From the NCBI RefSeq assembly GCF_048593235.1, contig NC_133617.1, positions 72,872,937 through 72,936,936 on the forward strand: a stretch of 64,000 nucleotides of DNA. Reading direction: 5' to 3'. Origin of the DNA: Sminthopsis crassicaudata (Eukaryota). Position numbers and translations under genes: made by a program. The notes under the pieces were generated by a model. The model searched no databases. It saw only the letters and a list, made by a program, of their open reading frames with translations, and was not told where the DNA came from. Of this stretch, positions 12,650 to 33,268 are shown one piece after another (the stretch's first letter is position 1; every line of letters starts with the position of its first letter).

Positions 12650-13660
12650 TCAGGATGACTGCAGACTTCTTTTTGCTATGAGCGCTGGCATCTCCGGGCT
12701 TGGTAGTGAATTCGTTAGGGAAAAGAAATTAGCAAGCAGAGCTAGATTAATTTAGCTTCCTAAGTGCCACGGGCTTGGGCGCGGTGGTAGCCCCATAGAT
12801 GAAGTAGGGACACTTGTTTAAACAGTCTGTAAATGAACAACCGAATTGTGGGAAAAGATTCATTCAGCGAGAAGTGTGTGTGTGTGTCCAGATAAGAGGG
12901 CTGCTTAGATCCTCCCTGACGGGATGGGGCCGTCGCACCGTGGTACTTCAGAAAGCTCTCCTGGATTAGATCGGGAGAAGGGCGCGGAGCCAGACTGGCC
13001 TCTGCGGAATGCGTGTGCATTACACCCTCCACCACCCCGCAGAGCCGGAATGGCAGGGGGCCAGGCCTCCCGAGTGTGCACTTCTCTTGCGGGGGGAGGC
13101 TTAGGAAAGGATTATCCCTTTAATGACTTGGGAGTGGAAGTGACCGCTTCCTTTCTGGAAAAGAATAGGAGCCGAAGGCCATTGCAGGAAGTGCTCAAAG
13201 GAAATCGGGGTGTTCGAGAGCCTGGTTTCCTCCGAACTGCAGCTCCTTCCTGAGCGCCCTCAGCGTCCACCTTCCCGCGACTCCAGGCTCAGCTCCGTCT
13301 CGTGAGCCCCTGGCCTTCTCCCGGCCGGCGGACCAATGGATTCATCCTGAGGGAAGCGGTGGCTAAACTCCGTCACATGGCAGGCGCCGCGCTGGACCTG
13401 CGACAGGAAAACTAACCGGAGAGTTCGTTCTAACGAGGGAGTCAACACTGACATTTATAGGTGGATACAAAATGTGTGAAGCAAATTCAGTGTAAACGGA
13501 GCTGCGGAGAGAGTGGGTTAGAAAGAAGAAGCAGAAAGCCTGCAGGGCCAGGATGAGGGTCAGTGGAAAGCCCCTCCCCAGGTGGTCGCTGAGTGTTTTT
13601 CAGTCCCGTCCGCCTCTGGGACCCCATTAGGGGAAAGTCCCTGGGGAATCCGCCATTTCC
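12650..13660. promoter_or_regulatory. CpG-enriched candidate enhancer or secondary promoter upstream of TYK2
   Basis: CpG-rich relative to its flanks. ETS cores GGAAGTG at 13136 and CAGGAAGTG at 13185, a CCAAT near 13334, and an exact kappaB site (GGGACTTTCC on the - strand, 13632-13641). Function is inferred. Confidence 0.5.
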
Positions 13661-13714
13661 CTCTTCAGTTCATTTTACAGGTGAGGTCCGAATCCAATCC
13701 TTCCTTTGCAATAA

Positions 13715-13940
13715 CAACAACAACAACAAAATTCGGTTCTGCACACATATATTGTACCTAGGATAACATATTTAATATGTACGGGAATGCCTGCCATCCA
13801 GGGGAGGGGGTGGAGGGAAGGAGGGGAAAACCTCGGAACAGGAGAGAGTACAAGGGATAATGTTGTAAAAAATTACCTATGCATATGCACTGTCAAAAAT
13901 GTCATAATTATAAAATTAATTTTAAAAAATTAAAAAAAAT
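13715..13940 (+). mobile_element. L1 3' UTR fragment with A-rich tail
   Basis: cacacatatattgtacctagg...ggggagggggtggagggaaggagggg...caagggataatgttgtaaaaaattacc matches the 3' UTR architecture of L1 copy A. Confidence 0.8.
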
Positions 13941-14299
13941 CACAAGCATTTTACAGATGAGGAAACTGAGGCGAGTTAAGGGATTTTCGCAGGGTCACAC
14001 AAACAGTAAATGTCCGAGGCTCCACGTGAGCTCCGGTCTCCCGGACACTTCCCCTTTTTCCGATGAGGAGCCGGGCTCACGGGGCGAGTGCTCCGTTCTC
14101 CATTTCCCGCTCTCCCCTGCACAGCGCCTCCTCCACAGGGCCTGACCTCGCTGCTCCGGGAAGTGGGGACACTGAGTTCTGGGGCAGAACGAGACCAGAA
14201 AGTGCTTCAAGAAGATTCATGGCCCTGTCGCTCCGCCCATTCTTCTCCTCTCGCCGAGTGAGAACGCCAGGGACCGCCCACCTCATCTAGAGGAAATAT

Positions 14300-14640
14300 C
14301 CCTAGCCCGCCCCCTCCCCTCCAAGTCCCCACCTTTTCCGCCTTCTTTCCGTCGACCAATCACCGTCATCTCCTCCAGGATCCAGCCAATCAACGCTGAG
14401 CACCGGAAGCCTGGCGCTACTAATGGACCGGCGGCCGTCACACTCCCAATAAGAAGGCGCTACAGCAGCCACCAATGAATGAGCTTGTTGCAGGAGGCCA
14501 ATGGGATGCGAGCTCTCGGCTGCCCAGCTAGGGAGGGCCTGTCAGTCAGAGGGTCCGGTTGCGGCTGCCGCTGCTGCGGCTGAGAGAAAGCGAGCTCCGG
14601 GGCCGGAGTCCGAAGTCCGGGCTGAATATCGCGCTGACAG
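14300..14640 (+). promoter_or_regulatory. TYK2: TYK2 CpG-island promoter and non-coding first exon
   Basis: GC box near 14305; CCAAT boxes at 14356, 14386, 14446, 14472 and 14498; ETS site CCGGAAG at 14403; strong donor CAG|GTGAGC at 14640/14641. A second non-coding exon at about 15588-15724 is plausible but unproven. Confidence 0.75.
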
Positions 14641-14799
14641 GTGAGCCCGGGTCCAGGCCCGGGGCCGGGGAGCAGCGCAGCCCTGGAAGCGGTCTGGGAG
14701 TCCGGCGGGATTGGTGTGTGGGAGCCCCGGGGAGTGCGGGGCCCCGGGAAGTGGGGGCTGCGTGCGGGCGCTTCTGCGCTCCTCCGGCTAGCACCAGGG

Positions 14800-15280
14800 G
14801 CAGTGCCCGGGAGGAGGCAGCGCCTGGGAGGGGGGCATGGGAGGAGGCAGTGCCCGGGAGGGGGGCAGCGCCCGGGAGGGGGGCAGCGCCCGGGAGGAGG
14901 CAGCGCCCGGGAGGGGGGCAGCGCCCGGGAGGGGGGCAGCGCCCGGGAGGGGGGCAGCGCCCGGGAGGGGGGCAGCGCCCGGGAGGAGGCAGTGCTCGGG
15001 AAGGGGGCAGCGCCCGGGAGGAGGCAGTGCTCGGGAAGGGGGCAGCGCCCGGGAGGAGGCAGTGCTCGGGAGGGGGGCAGCGCCCGGGAGGAGGCAGTGC
15101 TCGGGAGGGGGGCAGTGCCCGGGAGGAGGCAGCGCCTGGGAGGGGGGCATGGGAGGAGGCAGTGCCCGGGAGGGGGGCAGCGCCCGGGAGGGGGGCAGCG
15201 CCCGGGAGGAGGCAGCGCCCGGGAGGGGGGCAGCTCCCGGGAGGGGGGCAGCGCCCGGGAGGGGGGCAGTGCCTGGGGGG
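14800..15280 (+). repeat. G-rich 17/18-bp minisatellite (VNTR), 28 units, in TYK2 intron 1
   Basis: Units GCAGCGCCCGGGAGGGGG (18 bp) and GCAGCGCCCGGGAGGAG (17 bp) plus variants, parsed by hand. Confidence 0.98.
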
Positions 15281-16053
15281 CGCCCACAGGAAAGATGGCC
15301 AGGGTGGGCAGTGACTGGAGTGCGGTGGGGGTGATCAGTAAGAGGAATGGCAGTGCCAGGGTGAGCTCCGAGGGGAACAGCGTCGGGGGAAGCTGAGGCA
15401 AGGAGGCACCGAAGCGGACAGCGGGACCGTGCGTGGTGGGGGGGCAGCGGGGGCTGTAGGTGGGCCTTTTGGAGAAGGGAAGGAGAACGGGTGAGGGTAT
15501 GGATGGGCTGCAGGAGGGGACTGCAGCGCCGCGGGGGCTGGGAAGCATCGCCAGCGAGGCCTGTAGTTTCTCGGTGTTGCCCCCCAGGAGTCTGCACTGC
15601 AGCTGCCCTCACTTTTGGCCCCAGTTCCCCCCAAACTGCGCACCTCCCCCACCTTCAGCAAGCTTCCATTAAGCGCTTCCTGCGGACAAGGAGCGGGCCG
15701 TATCCCCGCCTCTGTGGTCCTTGGGTGGGTAGTGACGGACCGTGTTGCTCCTTTCCTGCGGTCCGACTTCCAGGAGGGACTCTGGCCCTCCGCAGAGTTA
15801 ACGCTTTTCCCAGCCTTGTTATACTTGTTTCCAGATGACTAAGATTTATTCTGTATCATGTGCCCAGTAAGTGTCAGCGCCGAAACTTAGGCCAGAGTCC
15901 TCAGAGCCCAAGCCCAGGCTCTTTCCGTGAGTCTATGAAAGGCTTTCCATTTGTTCTCTTCCTTTTTCTCCTGACTCCTGGACTAGGACAACTTGGATGC
16001 AGAGAGCTTTGGAGTGAGGCCTAAAGAGCCCCTTCAGTTGGCCGGAGATCAAG

Positions 16054-24598
<8,545 letters not shown>

Positions 24599-25647
24599 AG
24601 GGGAGGTCTCGAGCAACTCGACCAGCCTGAGCTCACCTGTGCACTATGGGAGTAGGAAATCCAACTGGGTGATTGGAGACTTGTCTCCCCCTCTCTCCAC
24701 CATGTCAGTCCTGGAAGGAGTGCGGCCATTTTTAACCTCTTGGGACCCATGGGGAAAAGCCCATTGGTGCCTTCCTCAACTTATGCTAGGAGGTGCCTGG
24801 GGGCTGTATGGCTGGGGCTGACTGGCTACTCCACATACAAGTGTGATACTGAAAACAAGAGAATGCAACACTGTGACCTCTGCCATACTTCTCCCTCAGA
24901 GTGGGAATGAGGGATCACCCAGCTTTACCTTGTGCCTTGCCCCAGTTCCCCTTCTCTCACAACACACCTCTGCTGCCCCCCCCCATTGCCTCAGGATCAG
25001 TGAAGGGAAAACTTGATGCCTTTTTTCCAAGAGGCCTTAACTCTCTTTCTCTGCCTTTATCCCAACCCCATGGATCCTTTTTCCTTCTTCATTGAGTTCC
25101 ATTTTGGATAGAACAGGGCTGAGAGTAGAGACTACTCTTAGTGCCCGGCTTTATCCACAAGCAAACCCACAGTCTGCCAACATGAGCTTCAGTTGTGTAG
25201 GTAGAAGTGTTAGCGGTCCGTTTTAAGCTAAGCTGAGGTGACCCAGGAAAAAGGAATCTGGTCTTAAGGATCAGCCATAGGAAGCTACAGTTTTCAAAGA
25301 TTAAAACTCCTCCCTGGGGTCAGTCACTTGGGCTAGATGAAGCAGAGTAGGCTTAAGTCTTGAGCTACATCTTTCCTTTTACTGTAGCCACACTTGTTTT
25401 GTACATTCTCTCTCCTTCCCCTTTCCTCATATTGGGTCTCTTGGTCTTTAAAGTGAATCTAGACTGGGTATGGATGGGGATGGAGTTAGTCATCACAGTA
25501 TCACTTCCTTTCTCCAAGAAATATTTCCCACTCAAGTCCAGCTGGCCTTTGTAAATCAGCTTCTCCTAGAATGTGACACCAGTTTCTGGTCAGGTTTGCG
25601 TCTGGGGCCCCTACAGTTCACAGCTCACTCAGAAAAGAGTGTCTGTT

Positions 25648-25794
25648 GGGGCAGCTAGGTGGCGCAGTGGATAGAGCACCAGCGCTGAATTTAGGAAGAC
25701 CCGAGTTCAAATCTGGTCTCAGACACTTAACACTTCCTAGCTGTGTGACCCTGGGCAAGTCACTTAACCCCAGCCTCAGGGAAAAAAAAAAAAA
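25648..25794 (+). mobile_element. WSINE1-like SINE downstream of the TYK2 stop
   Basis: ggggcagctaggtggcgcagtggatagagcacc...cagcctcagggaaaaaa. Imperfect TSD aaaagagtgtctgt / aaaaagtgtttgt. Confidence 0.9.
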
Positions 25795-26049
25795 GTGTTT
25801 GTGTGTGAAAGAGAGGGCTATTCAGAGAGGCTGCCTGACCTCTGTAGGCCTTGCAGGCAGGAATTTGAGAAAATCCTTGCTTATGGCACAGTACCCCCAG
25901 GCTACCCACCAGGCACTGTAGGGTGTTTGTTGTGGAGGAAGAGCAAGAGCAGGTAGGTTCTGTCGATTGGTCTGCAGATGTGATGTAGCTTGCCTCATGA
26001 CATCATGAATCAATGTGGTCCTCAGCCAAGATAAAGATTTAATTAATTT

Positions 26050-26055
26050 AATAAA
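26050..26055 (+). terminator. Candidate TYK2 polyadenylation signal AATAAA (alternative ATTAAA at 25300-25305)
   Basis: Motifs seen directly; which one is used is unknown. Confidence 0.55.
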
Positions 26056-26639
26056 ATGTTAGAAGCTTCTGGGCACTATCTAGGGGGATGAGACTGAGGA
26101 GGGAGCTGCCTCTCTTTATCCATCCAGGCCAAGTTTAATGCCTCTTTCCTCAGGAACCTGTTAATCCCTCCCACAGTAGCTGGGGGAGGAGAGCACAGGT
26201 GGAAGTGATTAGCAGTGGTCTGTAGCTGAAATGTCTGTGGCTGGAGGCTGAATGTGGCTGATGGAACATCTTCTATGAGGGCTTGACCACCAACCTGAGG
26301 AGCACTGAAGGAGGGCCCGGGAGCTTTACTCTCAATCCGGGCAATGGACAGTTGGATTCAGAGTCTAGGGAGGGGATTGCCAGCTCTGCTCCCCGCTGTG
26401 TGTGTGTTACCTTGGGCAAAGGTAACACACACTTCTCTTCTATAAAACGATTGGCTAGATAAGCTTGAAGATCACTTGCAGTTCTGCATCTCTACCTGTT
26501 ATAAGGAATCTATTATATTGTACTTCAGCAGAGCTGAAAGTTGGAAGAAGGGACTTGGAAGTATAAAATACTCTAAAGCTTACAGCCTGAGTCAAATACT
26601 TAACCTCATAACTTTAACTGGTTTTCCCCAGTCACTGAG

Positions 26640-27400
26640 CTGTGAGATCCCAACGGAGATCAGGGAGGTGAACTGTTGGACCATCAAAAGTTAGGGTGAG
26701 GTTCCTTACCGAGGGAATCGGGATTTGAATCAAAACATCCTTTTGACCTGTCTGGCAGAGATGTTGCTTCCTGTGAAGAGCCCAGCAACCAAACAACCTG
26801 CTCAGATCAGACTAGCAACAGCTGCCCAATGGCCAAGAGACTTGTGTAGATTGGTCTGTCCACAAGCCCAGTGAAGGGCTGGCTCCACAGCAGAACAAAC
26901 TACTTACTAAACCCAGCAGCAAAATGCACTAGCTACCTAAGAGATCTTGCCCTTGGAATGGTAGCATACATAGTCAGAAGAGCCTATCCAATGGAGATGT
27001 ATCCTAGGAGAGATCAGCCTGGCAGTGGAGTGGCTTGTTCATCACTGTTACCAATGCTTCCCTGAAAGGAACTTATTGAGGATTCTGGAAAAAGAAGGAA
27101 CATGAAATCCCTGATATTCCAGAATTGTGAATTGCCTTGAGTACATGTGTTCCCTACATATGTGCCTCACTACACTGTACTTTAAGTTCATGTCTGCTTA
27201 TCCGGAACAGAGTCTATGTATATTTGTGGGAGAGTACATCCCATATTTTTTTGGGGAAATGCTTTGTAATTACTGTTCTTGTTACGTCATTTGAGTAAAT
27301 GTCTTGTCTAAGAGCTAATTTAGTCTAGTGGCTGATTGTTAAGGGGAAGCCCATTAATGATGCCTTATGAGCTCCAGTTAAGGAGGATCATACCTAGAAT
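26640..27400. mobile_element. Possible degraded LTR
   Basis: Texture differs from LINE/SINE debris and contains CCAAT-like and promoter-like words. No TSD found; boundaries uncertain. Confidence 0.25.
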
Positions 27401-28719
27401 ACTTTAAATAGTAATTGCCCCTCTGGGTACCAAATTCACTAATGCCAGTTCAAGTTGAGGAGTGAGCCCAAGAGGGTGTGATTTACTCGTCTACAAAGAA
27501 TAAAGCATTAAGAACTTTTAAAATTAAATCTTTTAATTAAACACCTTTAATGAATTCAGTGGTGGAATGGTTAAGGAACTCAACCCAATTCAACAAAAAT
27601 ACATTCTGAATATGAGAGCCACAGCCCTTCCAAAAAAGTCTCTAGCTCTGAATTCTATTATAAAATATGTCTTTATTCTGAGACTAGCCTGATGATTACC
27701 CCAAAAAAGGAGTCAAAGTTTTCTTTTCTTTTTTGCTTATGCTCCCTCCTTAGGAGTAGAACTTCAAAAAGAGAAATCTCTAAAAGTAAACAGAATGGTT
27801 CATTATAGAGGTTTACTAAAAAAAGGGATGAACAAGGAGTTTTGTAAAAATAGAAGTAACATTTTTTAAAAATTGATATCAGGTAGGAAGCATTATTTCC
27901 TCCAAAAATTACTTAAAATAGGAAAACTCATAAGTACAAATCAGCAAATAGTGAAAACAAACAAGTCTATCACTACCATTATAAACTCCAGAAGGGTAAA
28001 GACAATTTTACAACAGAAATAGAAATTTCACTTTTATCTTGGACTTGCATTCACAGTGTGTTCAGATAGCCTGCCCATCAGGCAATGATTTTTTCTTAAC
28101 ACTTTCAGCAGAAACATCCTCTTGTTTGTTATCTTATTTTTCTTCCAGTAGAGTAATTGCAGGAATCATCTCTTTTGGGGCAATCAGACTCAAGAAACCA
28201 GGAACACTGGAAATTGCAGAGACATATTCAATCTGTTGTCAAAAAAACAACAATCTATCTTCCTAACAATTAGAGCTATCCAAAAATGGAGTGCACTGTC
28301 TCAAGAGGTGATGGGTTTATCCTGCCTTGGAATTCTGTATAACCACTTAAATGTCAAGGTATGTAGAATGGGAATTCCTTTAAAGTAAGCATTAAGTTCT
28401 ATGGTCACTGAGTTGGAATCTTCCAGTTCTTAAATTTTGTTTTTGTGAAGCACAAATACAGAAAGCAACTAAAGATAGGCTCACTTACACAACATATATC
28501 CTTTATGTCATATCTTCAATTTTCAGATTGCTATTGCCATGATTTAGGGAAGAGAAAAAATGAGAAAAATCTCTTTACCTTGTAGATCACTGAATAGGAA
28601 GAGCCTTCCACAAGAGTTTATTCCCCCCATGACCAAGTTTCTCAATCCTTTTTGCTGCAACCCCCAGTCACTGAAACCAAATCAGAAGTAGTTATGCTAT
28701 GCTTATAGTTTATTTATTC

Positions 28720-29030
28720 ATTTTCAACATTTACAATATTTTTATTTACATTTTTTCCTCCCTCCCTTCCTATTCCCCTTTCCAAGACAGCAATCAATCT
28801 GATATACATTATACATGTACAATCATATCAAACATATTTCCACATTAGTCATGTTGTGAAAGAAGAATCACAGAGAAAAAAATGAGAAAAAAAGATGACA
28901 AAAAGGCAAAAATATCCTGTTTCCATCTGCAATCAGACTCCATAGCTCTTTCTCTCAATGTGGATGGCATTTCCCCATCAAGAGGCTTTTGGAATTGTCT
29001 TAGATCACTATGTTGCTGAAAGAGCAAAAG
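28720..29030 (-). mobile_element. Old L1 3' end, antisense
   Basis: cctcccttcc...caatcaatctgatatacattatacatgtac...ctttggaattgtcttagatcact matches marsupial L1 3' UTR antisense text repeated elsewhere in the window. Confidence 0.65.
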
Positions 29031-29285
29031 TTGATCCTAGTTGATCATTTGATGCTTATCTTTTAACAATGGGCCAAAGCATATGTTTAGCACCAAAGAT
29101 TACTCCTATTACAGATGCATATGAGGCTTATGTCCTCAGAGTTTAGTGGAATCTTTGGAGTAATGGCAAGAGCCTAGATCTTGGTATCAGAAAACCTAGT
29201 TCTGAATCCTGGCTCTCATACTATTGATGTGACCCTGGAGAAGCCACTTAATTTTTCTTAACTTCATTTGCCTTATGTATATAAA

Positions 29286-30182
29286 TATTGGGGGTGGGAT
29301 GATTAATTTAGGCTATCCTTAAGAGTCAAAGGGCTATTCTCTCATAGTCCTGATTAACTGGATGAAAACACTTCTTTAATCAATCATAGGCTTTAGACTA
29401 GGTGTAAAACAAGTCCTGGATCAATGTAGCTATCTTTGAAAACCACTGGATGAATTAGAATGACATCACACAGGGACTGGGTTCTGATTGATTGCAAAAA
29501 CTGGGTCACAGCTGTAAGTTTTCTATAAAATAGCAAACCAGTTTTGAACCAGAGGATTGGAGCATCTGGTAGCTTTGCTGCTCACAGTGGAAGCTTTCCA
29601 GTCCAACCCCTGACAAAGAATTGTTGCTTAGGAAAAATGCAGGAAACAAGTAAATCTTAGTCTCCTTACCCTTGACCAAAGAAGGACCATATCACATTGG
29701 GGGAACCAGAGGACTTTTCATTAGTGCCCAGCAGCATCTCTGAGTGGCAGTGGTTGATGACAGACTCTGTTTTGGGAGTTAGAGGTAGAAGAGATGTAGT
29801 GAAGAAAGATAAGGAGTCCAGCAGAAAAGCTACAGGATATCTAAGGGGAACAATCTGAGAGTAAGCAATAGAACTTGGAGAAGCTGTCCATTCTCTCCTT
29901 TGTCACACTGTTTTAAGCATAAACCCACTTTCCATGAGAAACCCATTTTCCTCGTTTTTCTAGAAGAGAATATTCCAATGTTGGTGGGAGGAAGAGAGAT
30001 GACATTTTGTAACAACTATAGCACCTTGATACCTATTTCTAAAAGTAAATTAATTTGGCTAACTGATCAACTGGTAATCAGTGGTAAAAGAATAGCCTTG
30101 GGGGCTTGTGAGTTGTATAGCATTGGGAAACCCTCCCAGTCTCCTCAGGGTTCCCCCTGGAACCTTACGAAATGATATAACA
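29286..30182. mobile_element. Possible solo LTR
   Basis: TATA-like ctataaaat near 29523 and a 3' end reading ataaca. No TSD confirmed. Confidence 0.3.
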
Positions 30183-30599
30183 GAGACAGTTAGGTGGCAC
30201 AGTGGATAGAGCACTGATCCTGGAGTCAGGAGGATGCAAGTTCAAATGTGGCCTCAGATACTTACTAGCTGTATGACCCTGGGCTAGTTTTAAACTTAAC
30301 TCTGTCTGTCTCTTCTCCCCAAATAAAAAGAATGATGATGTAACAACTGGGCTTTGGAAATTTCATCTCCTAATGAGAATAGGGATTAGGAAAACAGCTT
30401 CAGTGCATAAAAAACATTTTAAAAATAAGGATGATAACACTTGTAGACAAAACCAAATAAAGCACAATTGTAGTTTGAAAAGAAATTTGTAAGTCTTGGT
30501 GTAAATTGTTCACATATAAACTGTTCATAAGAATCTGTTTAAAGAAACATCATATAGTTTACATATGAAATTGTAAACACTCAAGTACAATATGTATTC

Positions 30600-31790
30600 A
30601 AGGAAGAGTAACATGAACTCATGAACCTCATCATCTGGAGAAATTATTCTACCTCCAAGATCTGCAACTCAGTATCTCTCATCCAATTTCAGTTGCCTCT
30701 AAGACTCCCCCAGTCTCCCTATACTGTTCTTTGCCCCTATTCTAGAATATGCAAAAACAGGATTGAGCCCAGAAGATACTGCCTTCATCTCCATTACCTT
30801 TCCCAGTACTAGCTGCACTTCTCACAGCTCCCCACACACTGGTCTTGGAAGAACAGTTGGCTTTTCTTGCTCCCTTTTCTAATTTCAGGTTCTCTCTGAT
30901 GCCATGGCTCAGGACCTTCTCTTCCTTTGAGGTTCAGTCAATCCAGACACACTGGCACAATTATCTACCGCTCATTCTCCCTCCTTTCTCAAGGACTTTA
31001 TTATCTGATTCAATCTTCATCTCCACTCCAATTTCTGCTCTTCTCAAAGAGGATCATGACTTCTGGGAAAGGGACCTTATGCTAGGGGACTTCATTATGC
31101 ATGTCAACATTCCCTTAAATGCCCTAGTCTCCAAGTTCTTCAGTCTCCTCAACTGCCATGGCCTGTTTCTTCACTTAGACAGACACAGGGAGTGACCAAA
31201 ACTTATGTTACCATGACCCCAAAACAATTCTCTCTTCCACCATCAAGAATTCAGAAGTCCTTTATCCAGCCATAACCTCTTGTCATTCTCTTTCCCTATA
31301 ATTTGTTCATTTTAGATCTTTTCTTCTTCCCCCACCTCTAGTCCCTCTATTCACTCAGTAATTACTTAAGTCATCACTCCAGCTGTTTTCAATCTCCTTC
31401 ATTGCCAGCTCTTACCCCTATAATTAAACCAGTGTTATACTATTTTCTACTCTAAAGTCTCTTGTCCCAGTGTCTGATAACTATTGATGTCCTTGACAAA
31501 CAGTAACCTGGAATTACTCTCATTATCCACCTCTTCTGCTCTTATTTGCCAATGCTGAATGGATCTGGAGGAAGTTTCCATGTTGCCATGGAGGCTACTG
31601 TAAATGTTTTCTAATCTCAATTGTACCTTCACTCTGGCAAGACAATCTTTTCATCCTTCCCTAAGTGATTCTCTGTTGTACTACACCCGGTATCTGTTCC
31701 AAACCTTCTAGCCCTTCCTCAAGCTTTTGATATCACGTACTTCCCACACTCTCTCAACAGGGGACCTTATCTCATACTCTACTGTCCCAA
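30600..31790 (+). mobile_element. L2 ORF2 fragment (endonuclease region onward), degraded
   Basis: ORF 30845-31195 contains MLGDFIMHVN...LLNCHGL, the APE-domain LGDFN motif. The 3' part resembles L2 'LFQTFSSLLK'. Runs into the N gap. Confidence 0.7.
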
Positions 31791-31958
31791 NNNNNNNNNN
31801 NNNNNNNNNNNNNNNNNNNNNNNNNNNNNNNNNNNNNNNNNNNNNNNNNNNNNNNNNNNNNNNNNNNNNNNNNNNNNNNNNNNNNNNNNNNNNNNNNNNN
31901 NNNNNNNNNNNNNNNNNNNNNNNNNNNNNNNNNNNNNNNNNNNNNNNNNNNNNNNNNN
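31791..31958. other. Assembly gap (168 N)
   Basis: Run of N directly visible. Confidence 1.
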
Positions 31959-32774
31959 AAATGCTGCATTCATGAGTGTGACTCTATTGCTAATTGGCAG
32001 AGGAGCTTTGACAAGAACAGTTTCTAACTGGACCAATTGTCAGGCAGCCATATTGATACCACATCTAAGATATACCAGCTTGGCTTTAGTTCTAATAAAG
32101 CTCAAAATTCCCAAACTCAAGTCTCAGACTCCCCAGTAGACTATATGTACACACCATCATGCCCTCATTTTAATGCCAAAAGACTTTTAGTTCTACATCA
32201 TTCTATAATGATACCTTACAGGATGCTATAGCTGTCATGTTAGGCAAGAAAGGAACTTGTTCCTCTATCCCAAGTAAAGATGTTGGGTGTCTACTTAGAG
32301 CATCTGCTTATTCTGAGAGCACCCTCAGCAATTTTCTGTGCTAATTTAGAAACAAATGGCATTTAGATATGCTTGAGTTGCTGCTTCAAAGTAACCTTTT
32401 TTAAGCACTTAATTGTTCTTTTGTATCAAGCAGATGGCTTGTATCTTTTATTCTAACAGAAGGTCTTTGCTCTTACTATCTAATATCTTCAGCTCACACA
32501 TCTCTGACCTCCCTGGCTTCCTTTTAGTCCCCACTAAAATCCTGCTTTCTACAGGAAACTTTCCTCAACCCCTCTTAATTCCAGTGACTTCTGTTATTTC
32601 TTGTGCATATCTAATCTATAGTATGCTTTGCACACTTCCCTATTACTTCACAAGCTCCTTGAGGGCATTCTATCAATGATTTCTTATAACTCTAATGCTT
32701 GGAACACCTAATTGAAATTCAACAAATAGTGACTGGTTGTTCCCACATTTAAGTCTCCTCCCCTTAATTTCTTT

Positions 32775-33268
32775 CTTTTTTTTTTTTTTAATAATAATTT
32801 TTATTTACCAGATATATGCATGGATAATTTTACAACATTGACAATTGCCAAACCTTTTGTTCCAATTTTTCCCCTCCTTCCCCCCCACCCAGATGGCAAG
32901 TTGACCAATACATGTTCAATATGTTAAAGTATACATTAAATACAATATATGTATACGTGTCCAAATAGTTGTTTTGCTGTACAAAAAGAATCGGACTTTG
33001 AAATAGGGTACAATTAACCTGTGAAGGAAATCCAAAATGCAGGCGGCCAAAAATAGAGGGATTGGGAATTCTATGTAGTGGTTCATAGTCATCTCCCAGA
33101 GTTCTTTCCCTGGGTGTAGCTGGTTCAGTTCATTACTGCTCTATTGGAGCTGATTTAGTTCATCTCATTGGTGAAGAGAGCCACGTCCATCAGAATTGAT
33201 CATCATATAATATTGTTGTTGAAGTATATAATGATCTGCAGGTTCTGTTCATTTCACTCAGTATCAGT
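32775..33268 (-). mobile_element. 5'-truncated L1 3' end, antisense, with TSD
   Basis: Poly-T followed by L1 3' UTR antisense text. TSD ccttaatttcttt at 32762-32774 and 33269-33281. Confidence 0.85.

Noticed and set aside
14800-15280. Repeat array as a CRISPR-like locus
   Set aside because: Units are head-to-tail with no unique spacers, and there are no cas genes; the context is a eukaryotic intron.
14460-15661. Stack of 165-362-aa ORFs on both strands (PGRGAA, REGGSA, SRALPP repeats)
   Set aside because: They result from a stop-free GC-rich minisatellite inside a CpG island. There is no splice or homology support, so they are not called as genes.
31727-32036. ORFs spanning the N run
   Set aside because: They are artefacts of translating through the assembly gap.
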